From: Eledone cirrhosa
Taxonomy: Eukaryota
Reading direction: 5' to 3'
NCBI GenBank assembly: GCA_964016885.1
Contig: OZ024742.1
Span: 234,732,001-234,796,000 of the forward strand
Length of the DNA: 64,000 nucleotides
A model generated the notes under the pieces. The model made no database searches. It saw only the letters and a program-made list of their open reading frames with translations, and had not been told where the DNA came from. Made by a program: the position numbers and the translations under genes. Shown here in pieces: positions 39,586-53,315 of this stretch (positions are counted from its first letter, which is position 1; each line of letters starts with the position of its first letter).

Positions 39586-39800
39586 CTGCAATGGAAGAAA
39601 ACAGTATAATCAGATACCTTTAAAACATTACACACAAAAAAAGATTCCAGTATACCAAGATATAATTATAGATTTTAAAACACATATATTCCATCAGTAG
39701 AATAAGTCTTCTTAATATATTGCATGTTATTCACAAAATAATATCTATACTGGAGTGATGGTGGCCAGGTGTTCATTAAATATCATGAAACTTCCCTTAA

Positions 39801-40020
39801 CCCTTTAATGTTCAAACCGGCCAAAACCGGCCAGAATACTCTACCTCTTTCTGTTGAAACTAGCTGTAACTGGTCACTCAAACTGATGTTAAGGTATTGT
39901 TCTCAAAATAAATACTTTCAAAATCTCATAGATTCGATATTATGTGAGATAATTATGTAAGATAAAGTGTTTACTACAAAAATATAATAGTATATATAGA
40001 GTAATGTGAATGCTAAAGGG
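39801..40020. mobile_element. piggyBac-type MITE family 1 (220 bp)
   Basis: TTAA-cccttta...taaaggg-TTAA. Homologous copies at about 3104-3329 and 57423-57636 (inverted). Confidence 0.75.
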
Positions 40021-40799
40021 TTAACCACACTCTTTCCTCAAGAAGTTGTAGTTTACACTTACATTAAAAAATACAAAGAATGTTGCTTATTTCACAGTCC
40101 AGTAAGTTAATTTATGTATTGATATTAGTTTAATAACTGTTAAAATGGTCTATAAATCATGAAACTAAAACAATCATTATACCTAGGTATATTCTAAATA
40201 AACACACACAGATGCACCCAGAAACATATATTGTGTGAATAGCAAACAGATTTTCTTTTCTAATATGTCTAATTAAAGACACAGTTGTGTTAGAGTTTAA
40301 TTATTTGTATGTGAATAGATGAATATATGTGTACTTTGTATGACAATTGGCTTGATGAATGTGTAATGCATTTCTAATGTTTTTTGGTAACCAATAATAC
40401 CTTGGTGACAAATTGTACTGATAGAGGGATTTAAAAATAAATCTGGTTGTAGTTAGAAATAACAAAAACAAGAAACAAAACAACAACAACAAAAGAGAAA
40501 ATGACAAGGATTGTTAAGCAACAAAAACAAAAGGGGAAGGGGAGAATGTGACAGAATCTACACCTAAGTCAGAGTGGTGTTTCGACTACACCCCACAGAC
40601 AAAATGGCAAAGGCATTGCCACAGATAATGGCCACCCCACCTCGCGAGTCTCCTTCCTCAAACAGGCTTCTGTCATTCTGATTTTACTTCTATGCATTGG
40701 TTAGTCAAGAGAGGTGCATTGGATGTGGAAAGTGAAGTGGGGTACATGTATATAGAGAGGGGATTGGAGAAATAGGTCTAGAGTGGGGTGGGTACTTTG

Positions 40800-43460
40800 C
40801 TGTGAGAAGCAATGACACAGGATCAAGCTTTTCTAGGTCTTCTTCTACCATAGTTATCATCAACTTTTAGTGCCCTGCACCTTTTTATACAGCTGTCATC
40901 CTTCATATGCATCACATGTCCATACCACCACAATCTCCACTCCAGCAGACTGTATCTAATGCCCAGTTTCTCAGTTCATTTACACTTTGCCATTCATGTA
41001 TATTACTATTACACATTGATTGGAGCATGCAAGATTCATTTCTTTCCAATCTTTGTAGGGACTCTGCACACAGCATGCAACATTGCTGCTTGTATACACA
41101 CATCATACAATCTGCCCTTCATTTTGAGAGGAAAACCTTTTGTAATTAGCAGTGGTAGTAGTTCCCTCAACTTTCTCCATCCTGTTCTCACTCTGGCTAT
41201 TGTACTTTTGGTGTATCCTCCTCTACTGCTTATTTGGTCACCCAGGTAACAGAAACTGTCAACTTCTACAGAGTTATCTGGGCATTCAATGGAGCTAATA
41301 TCTTGTGAGCTCTTGCTATTCACTGCACTTGTGCATTGACCAAGTACAAAACTTACATTCTTTGCTAGCCTGGCTGAAATCCCAATACATTTCTTGTGTA
41401 CCCATAGTTTGCATTTGGGACATAGGATGGAATTTCTACCTACTCCTTTCCTACACGCTGAGCAAGGCCATTTCCAGGTTTGGAATGTCTTCTTTAATTC
41501 TGCCATACATAAGTTCTCATGGGCAGCCAGTCTTTTCTGTTATAGCCTGACGATAATAAACAGGGGAGGTCCAGGTATGGAGCCTTGATGGACCCCAACC
41601 TGCATGCTTAATTCTTCACTAGTCATTGTTAATTGTAACCTTGCTTACTGTTCCTCAATACATGGCTTGTACTGCTCTCACAAGCCACTCATCTACTTGT
41701 CTTCTAAGAGCCCACTAGGGGACTCTGTCAAACGCTTTCACCAGGTCCACAAAAGCCAAGCAGAAGAGTTTACTTTTAGCTAGGTACTTTTCCTGTAGTT
41801 GTGTCACAGGGAAGCGGTTCTTTTACCTGGCATAAACCTAATCTGCATCTCATTCAGGTTAAATTGGTCCTTAATCAGCTGTGCTATAACTATTTCTGAG
41901 ACCTTCATGACCTGGTCCATCAACTTGATGCCTCAATAGTTTTCTCTGTCTAGGGCATCACCTTTGCCCTTGTAGCAGTTGATGATGATGATGCCTCTAT
42001 ATCAGTCATCGGGTATGTCACCATTTTGTATTACCTGGGTTGACCAACCATCCCAGATGTTTCAGCATCTCGGCAACTATTCCCGAAGGTCCAGATGTTT
42101 TTCCTGTTTTCATATCCTTCATTGCCTTACTTACTATACTACTGCTGACTTGTAAAGCTGGTCTCTCTCTGTTGGGTTTACTCCTCATTCAGTAGTCTTT
42201 CATAGTGGCACTTCCATGCTACCTACTTTTCAGTGTCAGTCAGAGCAAGTATGCCATTATCATTATGGACACACTTCTCCCCATCAACATTACAATTTTT
42301 CCTGGCACACTATCTCGTAATCCTGAACACCTCATGCTTTTGGTCCTCTTGTTGCAAAACATGCTTTGATTTTATTTTCTGCTTCCATTCTAGAAAAGTA
42401 TACAGGTTGCCTAGCTTCTTTCCTAGCATCATAGTAGTGTTCTCTACTTCCCTCATTCTACCATTTTTCCATGTCTGCCTTTTGGCCTTAATTGTCACAT
42501 CCCCCCTACTATTCCACTACCAAATCACTTTCCTTCTTCACTTTCCTTCTCCCTAGAGTCCAGCTCCAATCTCAAATTTTGTTTGTCACCTTCAGTATTT
42601 TATCTTGCAGGAACTCCCATTGCTCCTCTATATTGTATGCTCTTCTTTACTGTCAAAAGCATCAAGCAACATACTCTAAATTTGTGTTTACAACCGTCCC
42701 TCTATCTCCTCTTCTAGTGAGGATAAAATCTATCTGGCTAACATGATCACCTGATCTATAGGTGATCAAGTGATTGTCTTGTCTGTTGAAGCTTGTGTTA
42801 CAAATAGATAGATCATTGGTGTTGCAGAATTCCAGGAGCCTGAAACCTTCCTCATTTCTAGCATCAAACCCATAACCCCGTGGATCCCATCAAAGCCATC
42901 ACAGTGTTTCCCAACATGCTCATTAAAGTTGCCTATAATGATTATGAAGTCACTGTCACTTATTTGGGAAGTAGTGTGCATTAGGGATTTGTAGGACTTA
43001 TCTTTTAGTTCATCTGACAGTCCAAATTGAGGTGCATATGCAGATATAATTGTTATGGTTGTTCTTTTTAGTACTATTTTAAGTTTAATGATTCTGTCAT
43101 TCACTCTATTTACAGCAATTACCTTATCTACCCATTTTTTTGCTAACATAATCCCTACTCCACCCAGCCCGTTGTCATTTCCCACCGTGAAAAATTTGTA
43201 GCATCGTTTTTTGCCCACAAGGAATCTAGCTGATATTCCCCTCCATTTAGTCTTTTGTATACAGCAAACATCAATTTTCTTTCATTCAAGTATCTTTACA
43301 ATCTCTCCTGATCTTCCTTTCTTTGTGCTTCTGTTGTTGGTGCTAGCTTTGAAGTTATGGAGTTCACCAGAAGAGTGAAAGGGAGAAGATTAAAACTTGG
43401 AGAAGGAAGTGTGAGATGAATTAGTGTTGATTTTCCATATCTGAAATAAAGACAAGCATT
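40800..43460 (-). mobile_element. Degraded, nearly full-length RTE-like LINE
   Basis: ORFs 42766-43218 (APE), 42310-42498 and 41036-41506 match the 22883-26420 copy. Confidence 0.92.
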
Positions 43461-44781
43461 CAGGTGGTCGTCTGGAGATGGATGGTAGGTTCATATTCAT
43501 CTTTAGGAATGCTCCAGCTTTGTATTCCATTGACATACAAAACAACAATCAGGCCCATAGATAATGGAAGTAGAAGTAGTAGTGGTTAAAGCAATAGATA
43601 TTGAGTTAACAGTTACAACATATTTTCACTGCTGTGTTTTGATATGGTGGTGTGTAGGGGTGGATGGGAGGTAAAATGGGAGATGAAGTTGAATTGAGGA
43701 ATAGAGAAGAGATAAGAAAATATTTTCGAGTTTAGATTGAAGACAGGGGAAATAATAATATAGGAAGAATGAGAGAACCTTAAGCAAATTATATGACCTG
43801 AAGCATAATGTGAATTAATGGAACATAGATAGTTGGAAGGAAGACAAGCATTTTACATACTTTTGACTTTTAAATACACCAGATGAATGAGAATAGGGTT
43901 TTATTTTTTCTTCCTTGTACTTATAAACGTATATGAAGTGAGGGGAGTGTGAAAATAGAAGTGAGAGATGTATAAGGGATTCGTTATTATGGGATTCTCT
44001 CTAGAATATTCTAACTCAAGATGAAAGAAAAAATTAAGTGAAACAAAGACAAAACTATATTGGTGTAACTTAAATTCAGTACACTTGGCAAAATTGGTGT
44101 GAAATTAATTAAAACAAAATTATTTCCAATTTAACATGCCATGATAGTTTATTAGACTTGCCTAAAAATAACTATTTACTTGCTATTTATATTCACAAAT
44201 GCAACTATTTGTTAAATATTTTCTCCTGCCATTTATTTACTGCACATTAATAGAACTGAGAGTATTTTCATGACCAGCCTAAATGTCAATACAAACTTGT
44301 TGAAATTTATTATTTTCAAATGTATCATATTTCTGTTTTCTAAATCTTATTGCGTCTACCGCAAAATTAATTTTTTGTTTATGGCTGAAATAAAAGATTA
44401 AATTAAAATTAAATTGAGAATATGTATCTCGTGTGTATCCCATTTTTAGAATAGGTACACCCTATCCTTGTATGTGGTATGTGGTATTGAAAAGAGTTGG
44501 CATTAGGAAGGGCATCTCGCTGAAAAACCTGATCTCCAAACATTCTGTCTAACCCATGCCAATATGGAAAAGTAGACATAAAAATTATGATGATGATGAG
44601 AATATCAGTTGTAGTTAAGTCCCAGGTTAGCCCTCATTAACCATTGCTTTGTAAAGTGGTTGGCATTAAGAAGGGTATCTGGCAATAGAAACCATGCCAA
44701 AATATGAGTCATATGAGCAAGATGTGGTTACTCAGCTTGTCTCAGACCATTTGTTGAGTTGTTTACTATATACATATATAT

Positions 44782-45904
44782 ATCATGATCATCGTTTAAC
44801 GTCCATTTTTCCATGCTAGCATGGGTTAGACGGGTTGTCCTGTTGGAGGAAAGTTAGGTCAGGTGACCATCTCTTGCTCACACAGAACTGTTTCCAGCTT
44901 GGTTTCTACAGCTGGATGCCCTTCCTAAAGTCAACCACTTTACAGTGAGGGCTGGGTGATTTTTGTTGTGCCACCTACATGACAACTTTACAGTGTGGGC
45001 TGGGTATTTCTGCTGTGTAACCATCACGACCACTTTACAGTGTGGGCTGGCTGCTTTTTGTCGTGTTGCCATCACAATCACTTTACAGTATGGGCTGGAG
45101 GCTTCCCTGGATGTATGCATGGGAAATGTATGGAAGGGTGGGGTTTTGGTGGTGCATACTATATATATATATATGTATGCTTTAGCTTCACCCTGTGCGC
45201 ATGGGAAAGCAGGTCTTCTGTATCACTGCATAAAACCAGAGATCTTGGTCCTGTGTTATCATCTTTGAGAGGTGCAATTGTGCCGATATCAGCTTTTATC
45301 ACCTCATCACAAGTCTTCCTAGGTATTCCCACTCCATGGCTTCCTTCAATTTTGAGCGCTCTGCACCATTTTATATAGCTGTCATCTTCTCATATGCATC
45401 ACATGTCCATACCAATGCAGTCTTCTCTCCTGCACACTGCATCCGATTCCTCTTATGCCTAGTTTCTCTTTCAGTTCATTTATGTTTTGCCGTTCACGTA
45501 AGTTACTATTATACATCCAGCGGAGCATGTAAGCTTCATTTCTTTCCAATCTGTGTAAGTCTTCTGCACACAGCACCCAGGTCTCACTACCATGTAACAT
45601 TGCTGTTCGTATGTATGCACCATACAGTCTGCTTTTCATTTTGAGGGAAAAGCCTTTTGTAGCTAGCAGTAGTAGTAACTCCCTGAACTTCTTCCATCCC
45701 GTTCTCACTCATAGTTTGAATTTGGGACAGAGGACTTTCTACTTACTACTTTCCTACACTCTGTGCAAGGCCATTTACCCTTAGTGTTTGTCAGGTTGAT
45801 TTTAAGAATTTGTTTGGAATTTCTTCTCTAGTTCCACCATAGATTCCGCTATGAGTGTGAGATCATCTGCATACAGGCAGCTGGTCTTAAACTCCTCTGT
45901 TATA
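44782..45904 (-). mobile_element. 3' part of RTE-like LINE
   Basis: ORFs 45382-45708 and 45802-46038 (YADD), plus 3' UTR tandem units and tail. Confidence 0.9.
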
Positions 45905-48900
45905 GATTCTTCTTCCTCTCTCTCAGTGAACTCCATAACTTCAGAGTTGGTACCATGAACATAGGCACAATGAAAGGATGATGAAGTGAGATTGTAGAGA
46001 TGATTGAATGAAAGAAAGTTGATGTTTGCTGTGTACAAGAGAATAGATGGAGGAGAGGGTCAGCTAGATTCATTGTGGGCAAAAAAAGATGCTATAAATT
46101 TTTCTGGGTCGGTAATGACAATGGGCTGAGTGGAGTAGGAATTATGTTAGCATAAAAATGGATAGATAAGGTGATTGCTGTAAATAGAGTGAATGGCAGA
46201 ATAATTAAAATTAGACTGCTTATGCAGCCCAATCTGGTCTACCAGACGTTATAAAAGACAGGTTTTATGAGTCTGTAATGCACACTACTTCCCGAATAAA
46301 TGGTGGCAACTTTAATGGGTATGTTGAACAACACTGTGATGGCTACAATGGGATCCATGGAGGTTATGGATTTGGTACTAGAAACAAGAAAGGTATCAGG
46401 ACACTGGAATTCTATGATGCCATAGCACAAACTTTAAAAAATGAGACAATCACTTGATCACCTATAAATCTGGAGAGCATAGCAACCAGATAGATTTTAT
46501 CCTTACCAGAAGACAAGACAGAGTGACAGTTGTAAATAAAAAGTCCCTCCCTGGTGAAGAATGCACCTCCCAACATAACCTAACACTAAGGGTAAGACAA
46601 ACTTGATGACAAAGGACAACCATGAGGAGAAGAATGTGGAAGTTGAAGGACCCCACAGTCATAAACAAATTTAGAGGCATGTTGCTTGATGCTTTTGACA
46701 CTAAAGAAGAGCAAATAGAGACATATGATTTAGAGGAGCAGTAGGAATTCCTGAAAGTTAACCTACTGAAGGTGACAAATGAAATCTGTGGTCTCTAGGG
46801 AGAAGAAGAGTGACTTGGTCGTAGACCACTAGTGTGGAGGAGACAATTAAGACCAAAAGGTGGGCATGGAAAGAATGGGGGGATGGAGGAAGTAGAGAAC
46901 ACTACCAGGTGGTTAGAAGAGAGGCTGGGTGACAAGTGTACTTTGCAAGAAGGGAATCAGAAGATAAAAAATTCAAGCATGTTCTGCAATGTGATGTCCA
47001 AATGCATGAGGTGTTCAGGATTGCAAAACAATGTGTCAGGGAAAATTGTGATGTCGTTGGAGAGAAATGTGTCCATGATGATAACAGAGTATTCGCCCTC
47101 ACTGATGCTGAAAAGAAGGTAACATGGAAGTGCCACTATGAAAGACTACTAAATGATGAGAATGAATGGGATAAAGATAATTTGACCGAAGTTGACTCAA
47201 CTGAGGGACCGGCTGTGGAAGTTAGCAGTAGTATAGTAAGTAAGGCAATCAAGGATTTGAAGACAGGCAAAGCAGCTGGATTTTGGTGGATAATTGCCGA
47301 GATACTGAAAGACTCTCGGATTGTTGGTCACAACATACTCACCCGTATTGTAAACCAAGTAATACAAAATGGTGTCATACCCAATGACTGGTATAGCAGC
47401 ATCATTGTCAACTGCTACAAAGGCAAAGGAGATGATCTAGACAAAAAACTATAGAGGCATTAATTTGATTGACCAGGTTATGAAGGTCACTGAAAGAGTT
47501 ATTGTACAGTTGATTAGGGATTCAGTTAACCTAGATGAAATGCACAGTTTGGATTTGTGCCAGGTTAAGTACCTAAAAGTAAACCCCTCCACTTAGCTTT
47601 TGTTAACACAGAGTCTTTGACAGAGTCCCCCATTCTATTATCTGGCGGGCTCGTAGAAAACTAGGAGTAGATGAGTGGCTTGTGAAGGCTGTACAAGCCA
47701 TGCACAGAGGAACAGTCAGCAAGGTTAGAATTAACAATGATTATAGTGAAAGATTTAGCATGCAGGTAGGTGTCCACCAGGGCTCCATTCTTAGCCCTCT
47801 CCTGTTTATTATTGCCCTGCAAGCTATAACAGAAGAGTTTAAGATTGGCTGCCCATGGAAACTTCTGTATGCAGATAATCTAATCCTCATAGCAGAATCT
47901 ATGGCAGAATTAAAGAAGACATTCCTAACCTGGAAGCAGGGCCTGGAATCAAAAGGTCTTAAAGTTAACTTGTTAAAGACTATAATCCTAGTATGTAGAA
48001 AGGAAAACAGGGCACAGATTCTCTCCAGGAAATGGCCTTGCTCAGTGTGCAGGAAAGGAGTAGGTAGAAATTCCATCCTATGTCCCAAAATGCAAGCTAT
48101 GGGTATACAAGAAATGTATGTAGTGGGATCACAAGCAGGCTATCAAAGTATGTAAGTGTTACATGTAGCCTATGCACAGTAAATAGCAAGAGCCCACAGG
48201 ATACTAGCTTCTTCAAGTGCCCAGATGGCTCTGTAGAAATAGTCGACAGTTTCTGTTACCTGGGTGGCCAAATCAGCAGTGGAAGAGGGTGTTTCAAAAG
48301 TACAGTAGCCAGAATGAGAACGGTATTGAGAAAGTTCTGGGAGCTTTTACTGTTGCTAGCTACAAAAGATTTTCCTTTCAAAATGAAGGGCAAATAGTAC
48401 GATGTATGTATGAGAACAGCAATGTTGCATAGTAGTGAGGCCTGGGTGCTGTGCACAGAGGCTCTGCAAAGTTTGGAAAAAATGAAGCCTCCATGCTCCA
48501 GCAAAGCCGAAATGAACTGAGAGATAAATTGAGCAAAAGAGAGATCAGATGTAGTGTGCAAGAGAGGAGATAGTGTTGGTATAGCCATGTGATGCATATG
48601 AAGGATGACAGCTATATAAAAAGGTACAAGGGGATCAAAGTTCATGGAAGCTATGGAGTAGGAAGACCCATGAAGATCTGGGATGAAATGATAAAAGTTG
48701 ACCTTGCACAATTGTACTTCTCAAAGACAATGACACAGGATCAAGATCTTTGGCGTTATGTATTAATACAGAAGACCCACCTTCCCATGAGCACGGATTG
48801 AAGCATACATCTAGTATGCATCATTTAACCACTATCCTCCCTTCCCCTTCCATATACCTCCCATGCCCTAACACCCCAGCCATATCTGATCACACCAGTC

Positions 48901-49160
48901 TTCTCCCATGCCTTTACACCACTGACCCAGTCCCCAGTCCACACTGTAAAGTGGTAGAATAGTTGTCATGACAAAAAGAGCCCAGCACACACTGTAAATG
49001 TGGTTGACATTAGGAAGGGCATCCAGTCATAGAAACCAATCTAGAAACAGTTCTGTATGAGCAAGAAATGGTCAACTGACCCAACTTGCCTCAAATGGGA
49101 CAACACGTCTAACTCATGCTTTCACGAAAAATGAACGTTAAAATGATCATAATGATGATG
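45905..49160 (+). mobile_element. Degraded, nearly full-length RTE-like LINE
   Basis: APE remnants from about 45945, ORFs 46936-47454, 47682-48155, 48080-48397 and 48589-48801, tail at about 49130-49160. Confidence 0.92.
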
Positions 49161-50484
49161 ATATATACTCGAATATAAGCCAATTCCCTATTTTATGTCT
49201 AACAAATGGATAAAAATCCAAACTCTGTTTATAAGCCAAGGCAGCTATCAATTTCCAACTGTTTTGAAGGTCATATTCTTTCAAAATATCAAAAACAAGA
49301 GAAATTTCACCTCTAAAGTATAATATTGACCTCCAAAGAGAAAATATTTTAGTACCTCATTAAAGTAAAATTTGAAGGCGGTGAGTATATATGGTATTTG
49401 AAAACCAGTCTCAGAGAAGGAGAAAACCCATTAAATAGTGGAAGGGTAGGGGCCACTGCACAATACAGATACTTACTAAAAGCCTCAAGACCTAGAAATG
49501 ACAATACTAGGATCTAGAACCATTACACATGCGGGAATTCCCCACCCCCACCCAGCATGCACTGAATAAACGCAATGCACACGACAGGACTAATGCCGTT
49601 GCAAACTGCCCAGGCCCTTCCACCTCTGAGTAATGTAAAAACAAAGGTCTATTCAATCAGATTTAATCTGGGACTAAACAACAACAATCTTGACAGTCAG
49701 AGGTATGCTGCAAATGTCATGAGCACTGCCCTTCCTCTACTTTCTGTCAATACCATCCCACCTGAGACTGCCCATGGTTCTTTGATATAAAATATCCCAT
49801 TTTACATTGTTTCTATTTACATTAAAACCTTTTTTCATAATTTTATATAAGGACCTTTGTTAAGTTATGCTCCAAACTCAAGTTTAATAATGAGAAAGTT
49901 AGCTATTTTACTAAATCCATCTAAATTCTTTATTATTTTCAAAATTATTCAAAAGTCATAAGCAGTGTCTTTCATTAGAAATATGGGATAAAAAATGACA
50001 TGATGCTAAGTTAATCCTTTTTGGAATCACTAGCATCAAAAGGGCCAGTACTTATCTGCAGTGTCTGTTGTGGGATGTAAATGAAGAGTACATTTTCTCC
50101 CACTTTTACAAATCTGGTCTAACTCTGTATTATTGAGAGCTTCTCATACAGAAAGAATTGAACTTGATAATACAAGCTAATGAATTGGATACTTAATCAG
50201 GATAACACTGGGCTAAATACCAACAATAAAAACAAAGAGTAAAACAACACACAACAGACAGAAATATTTGACTAGCAAAACCAAAATTTTAAAAAAAGTT
50301 CTAAATCTTTTTATACCTGAAGGTGTTTGACTATGTCCCTTTACATCTCCAATTAAAATCTTGACAAAGTTAACATCCTTCCAAGGTCAATAAAATAAAT
50401 ACTGATTTTTGTCTGAGAATGCCACAGTCAAACAACCGGAACCGATAAAATAAGTGAAAGAATAAAAAAAATAATATATCTTAC

Positions 50485-50641
50485 CTCTAATAACCATTTT
50501 TTTATTCCCTTCGGAGTGATGAGAATTTGTCGGAGATTTTGAAAAAAACGGAGCCAAATATGCTGATTTAGCAGATGGTAAAGAAAGGGAAGGCAAAGGG
50601 GGCAATTTACTGCTTTTGATTTGGCGATTCTGAAATGACAT
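50485..50641 (-). CDS. PDE10A: PDE10A-like first coding exon (MSFQNRQIK...KKMVIR, Ser/Pro-rich)
   Basis: ATG in AAAATG context with an in-frame TAA upstream at 50678-50680. Donor AG|gtaaga, phase 1, matches the next exons. No homology support of its own. Confidence 0.7.
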
Positions 50642-51844
50642 TTTTTTAGTAACAAAATTGCTGTTGTTATTGCTGTTTTAAGTAATATTTAGTTAAGTTT
50701 AGTTGTTTTTGGTTTTGTTTCTACTGTTTTATTCAGTTGTATTGTGTGTCTTCTTCTGAGTTATTATGTTTGTTAAAAGATCATATGAGAAGTTTGTTGT
50801 AGATGAAATTCATTTTTTACACATGTCTGAAAGAACAGAAATTTTTAAAATGTTAGATATTGTACACTTAGAATATGTTTGGTTGTTCCAGTGAGTGTGT
50901 GCCATTTTAAAAATCTCACATTATTTTATGCTCTTTTATCTTACATTCATGTTTAGTTTTCAGAAAATTGTAACAGCTTTGTTGTTATGCATGTCTAGTT
51001 TTTCAAAATCATATACCCCACGTTAGCGTGGAAGATGGATGTTAAACGATGATGATGATGATGATGATGATATATAAGCTAGCATGGAAAATGGACGTTA
51101 AATGATGATGATGATATATTTAAATTGTAGAGTATATATATGTATATATATGTGCAGGGATTACGTATGTGTTGGATATGCATATACAATGCAGAAAAAT
51201 TGTTTATCACTCATTTTCTGTTATTTTTTATGTGTTATCCACCAGTTTATATATATGCGTGTGTGCGTGCGTGTGTGTAAGAGAGAGAGAGAGATTGAGA
51301 GGGAAAGGGAGATGGTATTACGCTTATATTAAAGAACTGGAAAGTATTATCTATAGCTTAGTTGGATATGGCCAAAACACGTCATCAGACATAACAAGAT
51401 TGATAATGATTAATGAGATATGTACGTGGGCATTTATGTGTGCATGCATGTGTAATGGTCTCTATGCATGTGTGTGCATGTCTTTATATTTGTCTGTATA
51501 TGTGAGTGCGTGTCTATGATAATTTATAGTTTCAATATACTATTCCTTAATTGTAATTAAGATCATTTTGTTATTTAAAAGTAAATTATCACCTTTCTCT
51601 CCATTCATTATCTTTTCTTTTTTATTTTTATGTATTTTTCTTTCTTTTATTTTTTATGTATTTTCCAAGTCAATCCTGATGCAACAGACTGTATTTCAGA
51701 CTAAGTTGTTCAACATGCTTTTCCTCCTTTAATGTGATAGGATCTGGTTTGGGGGAGATTTTATTGATATTTTTAGCAGGTCGAATGACCTTATAGGTGC
51801 TCTCTCACTGATTAAGTGGATGTTCCTTTGATGTCTAGGTATGA

Positions 51845-52810
51845 GCTACTTCAATGGCTCAACAGAGGCTGCCTCAATTGCTCAACAGAAGCTGTCTCAA
51901 TGTCTCAATAGAGGCTGCCTTGTTGGTTTGTAGAGGCTGTCTCAATGGCTCAATTGAGGCTCATTTGTTGGTTTATAGCTTCTGTCTCAATAGTTTAACA
52001 GAAGCTGTCTCAATGGCTCAATTGAGGCTCATTTGTTGGTTTATAGCTTCTGTCTCAATAGTTTAACAGAAGCTGTCTCAATGGCTCAATTGAGGCTCAT
52101 TTGTTGGTTTATAGCTTCTGTCTCAATGGTTTAACAGAAGCTGTCTCAATGGATCAATTGAGGCTCATTTGTTGGTTTATAGCTTTTGTCTCAATGGTTT
52201 AACAGAAGCTGTCTCAATGGCTCAATTGAGGCTCATTTGTTGGTTTATAGCTTCTGTCTCAATGGTTTAACAGAAGCTGTCTCAATGGCTCAATTGAGGC
52301 TCATTTGTTGGTTTATAGCTTCTGTCTCAATGGTTTAACAGAAGCTGTCTCAATGGCTCAATTGAGGCTCATTTGTTGGTTTATAACTTTTGTCTCAATG
52401 GTTTAACAGAAGCTGTCTCAATGGATCAATTGAGGCTCATTTGTTGGTTTATAGCTTTTGTCTCAATGGTTTAACAGAAGCTGTCTCAATGGATCAATTG
52501 AGGCTCATTTGTTGGTTTATAGCTTCTGTCTCAATGGTTTAACAGAAGCTGTCTCAATGGCTCAACAGAGGTTGTCTCGGTGGCTCGGCAGAGACTATCT
52601 CAATGGCTGAACAGAAGCTGCCTTGTTGGTTTGTAGAGGCTGTCTCAATGGCTCAATAGAAGTTCACTTGTTGGCTTATAAAGTCTGTCTCAATGGCTCA
52701 ACATAGGCTCCCTTGGCTTGTAGAGGCTGTTTTAATGACTCAGCAGAGACTACTTCAATGCCCCAATAAAGTCTCATTTGATAGAAGCTTTCTCAATGGC
52801 TCAGTGGAAG
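51845..52810. repeat. Minisatellite: about 9 near-identical 68-bp units (about 51930-52560) within degenerate ~22-bp monomers
   Basis: Unit cagaagctgtctcaatggctcaattgaggctcatttgttggtttatagcttctgtctcaatggtttaa starts at 51999, 52067, 52135 ... 52543. Confidence 0.95.
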
Positions 52811-53169
52811 CTCTTTTCTTTCTCAGTATAGGTTTTACATAAAATCTTCTTTGTTAGCTTGTAAAAACTCCCTTATTAGCATGTAGAGTCTACATTATTG
52901 GTTTGGAGAGGCTACCATGTTGGCTCAATAAAGGATCCTTCATGCGCTCCTCTAGGTGCCCTTTTAGAGTTGTTAGAGGCTTTCTTGTTGGCTCAGCAAA
53001 AGTTCTCTGAATGATTCAGTAGAAAACTCTTCGATGGTTTGGTACAGTCTCTCTGGTTCACTAATATAGAAATAGACTAAGTTTTATCCAGTTTTTACTG
53101 TTGGTCTTCTGTAGATAAAATTGGTTTTATATGGATAAGATGGACATCAATAACATAATATTGATCACA

Positions 53170-53315
53170 TGTATGTATAGGTGTGTGTGTGTATGTGTGC
53201 ATGTGCGTGTACATGTATATATGTATGTATGTGTAGGTATATATATTTGTGCATGTATGTATGTGTGTATGTATGTGTAGGTATATATATATGTGTGTAT
53301 GTATGTATGTATAAA
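53170..53315. repeat. (TG/TA/TATG)n microsatellite. Other (TA)n/(GT)n tracts at about 15448-15486, 16920-16986, 54808-54856, 58065-58157 and 60433-60478; (GATA)n at about 60003-60083
   Basis: Seen directly. Confidence 0.9.

Larger units (their letters stand above)
3447..50641 (-). other. PDE10A: Span of the 5' coding part of a PDE10A-like GAF-domain cyclic nucleotide phosphodiesterase gene (13 exons here; continues past the left edge)
   Basis: Manual splicing gives one open frame: MSFQ...FLNENPEFLDSYILSKV..IEEW...SADGANLY...SVPIYDEAGHLISIIDIYR...WASV...QRQLNDFILTVTRSIF...NADRASLFLVD...[32 protein letters not shown]. It is collinear with my recollection of PDE10A (N-terminal helix, GAF-A, linker helix, GAF-B). 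All junctions are GT-AG and phase-compatible. Confidence 0.88.

Noticed and set aside
51930-52560. CRISPR-like regular array
   Set aside because: Units are near-identical throughout with no unique spacers, there are no cas genes, and the context is eukaryotic.
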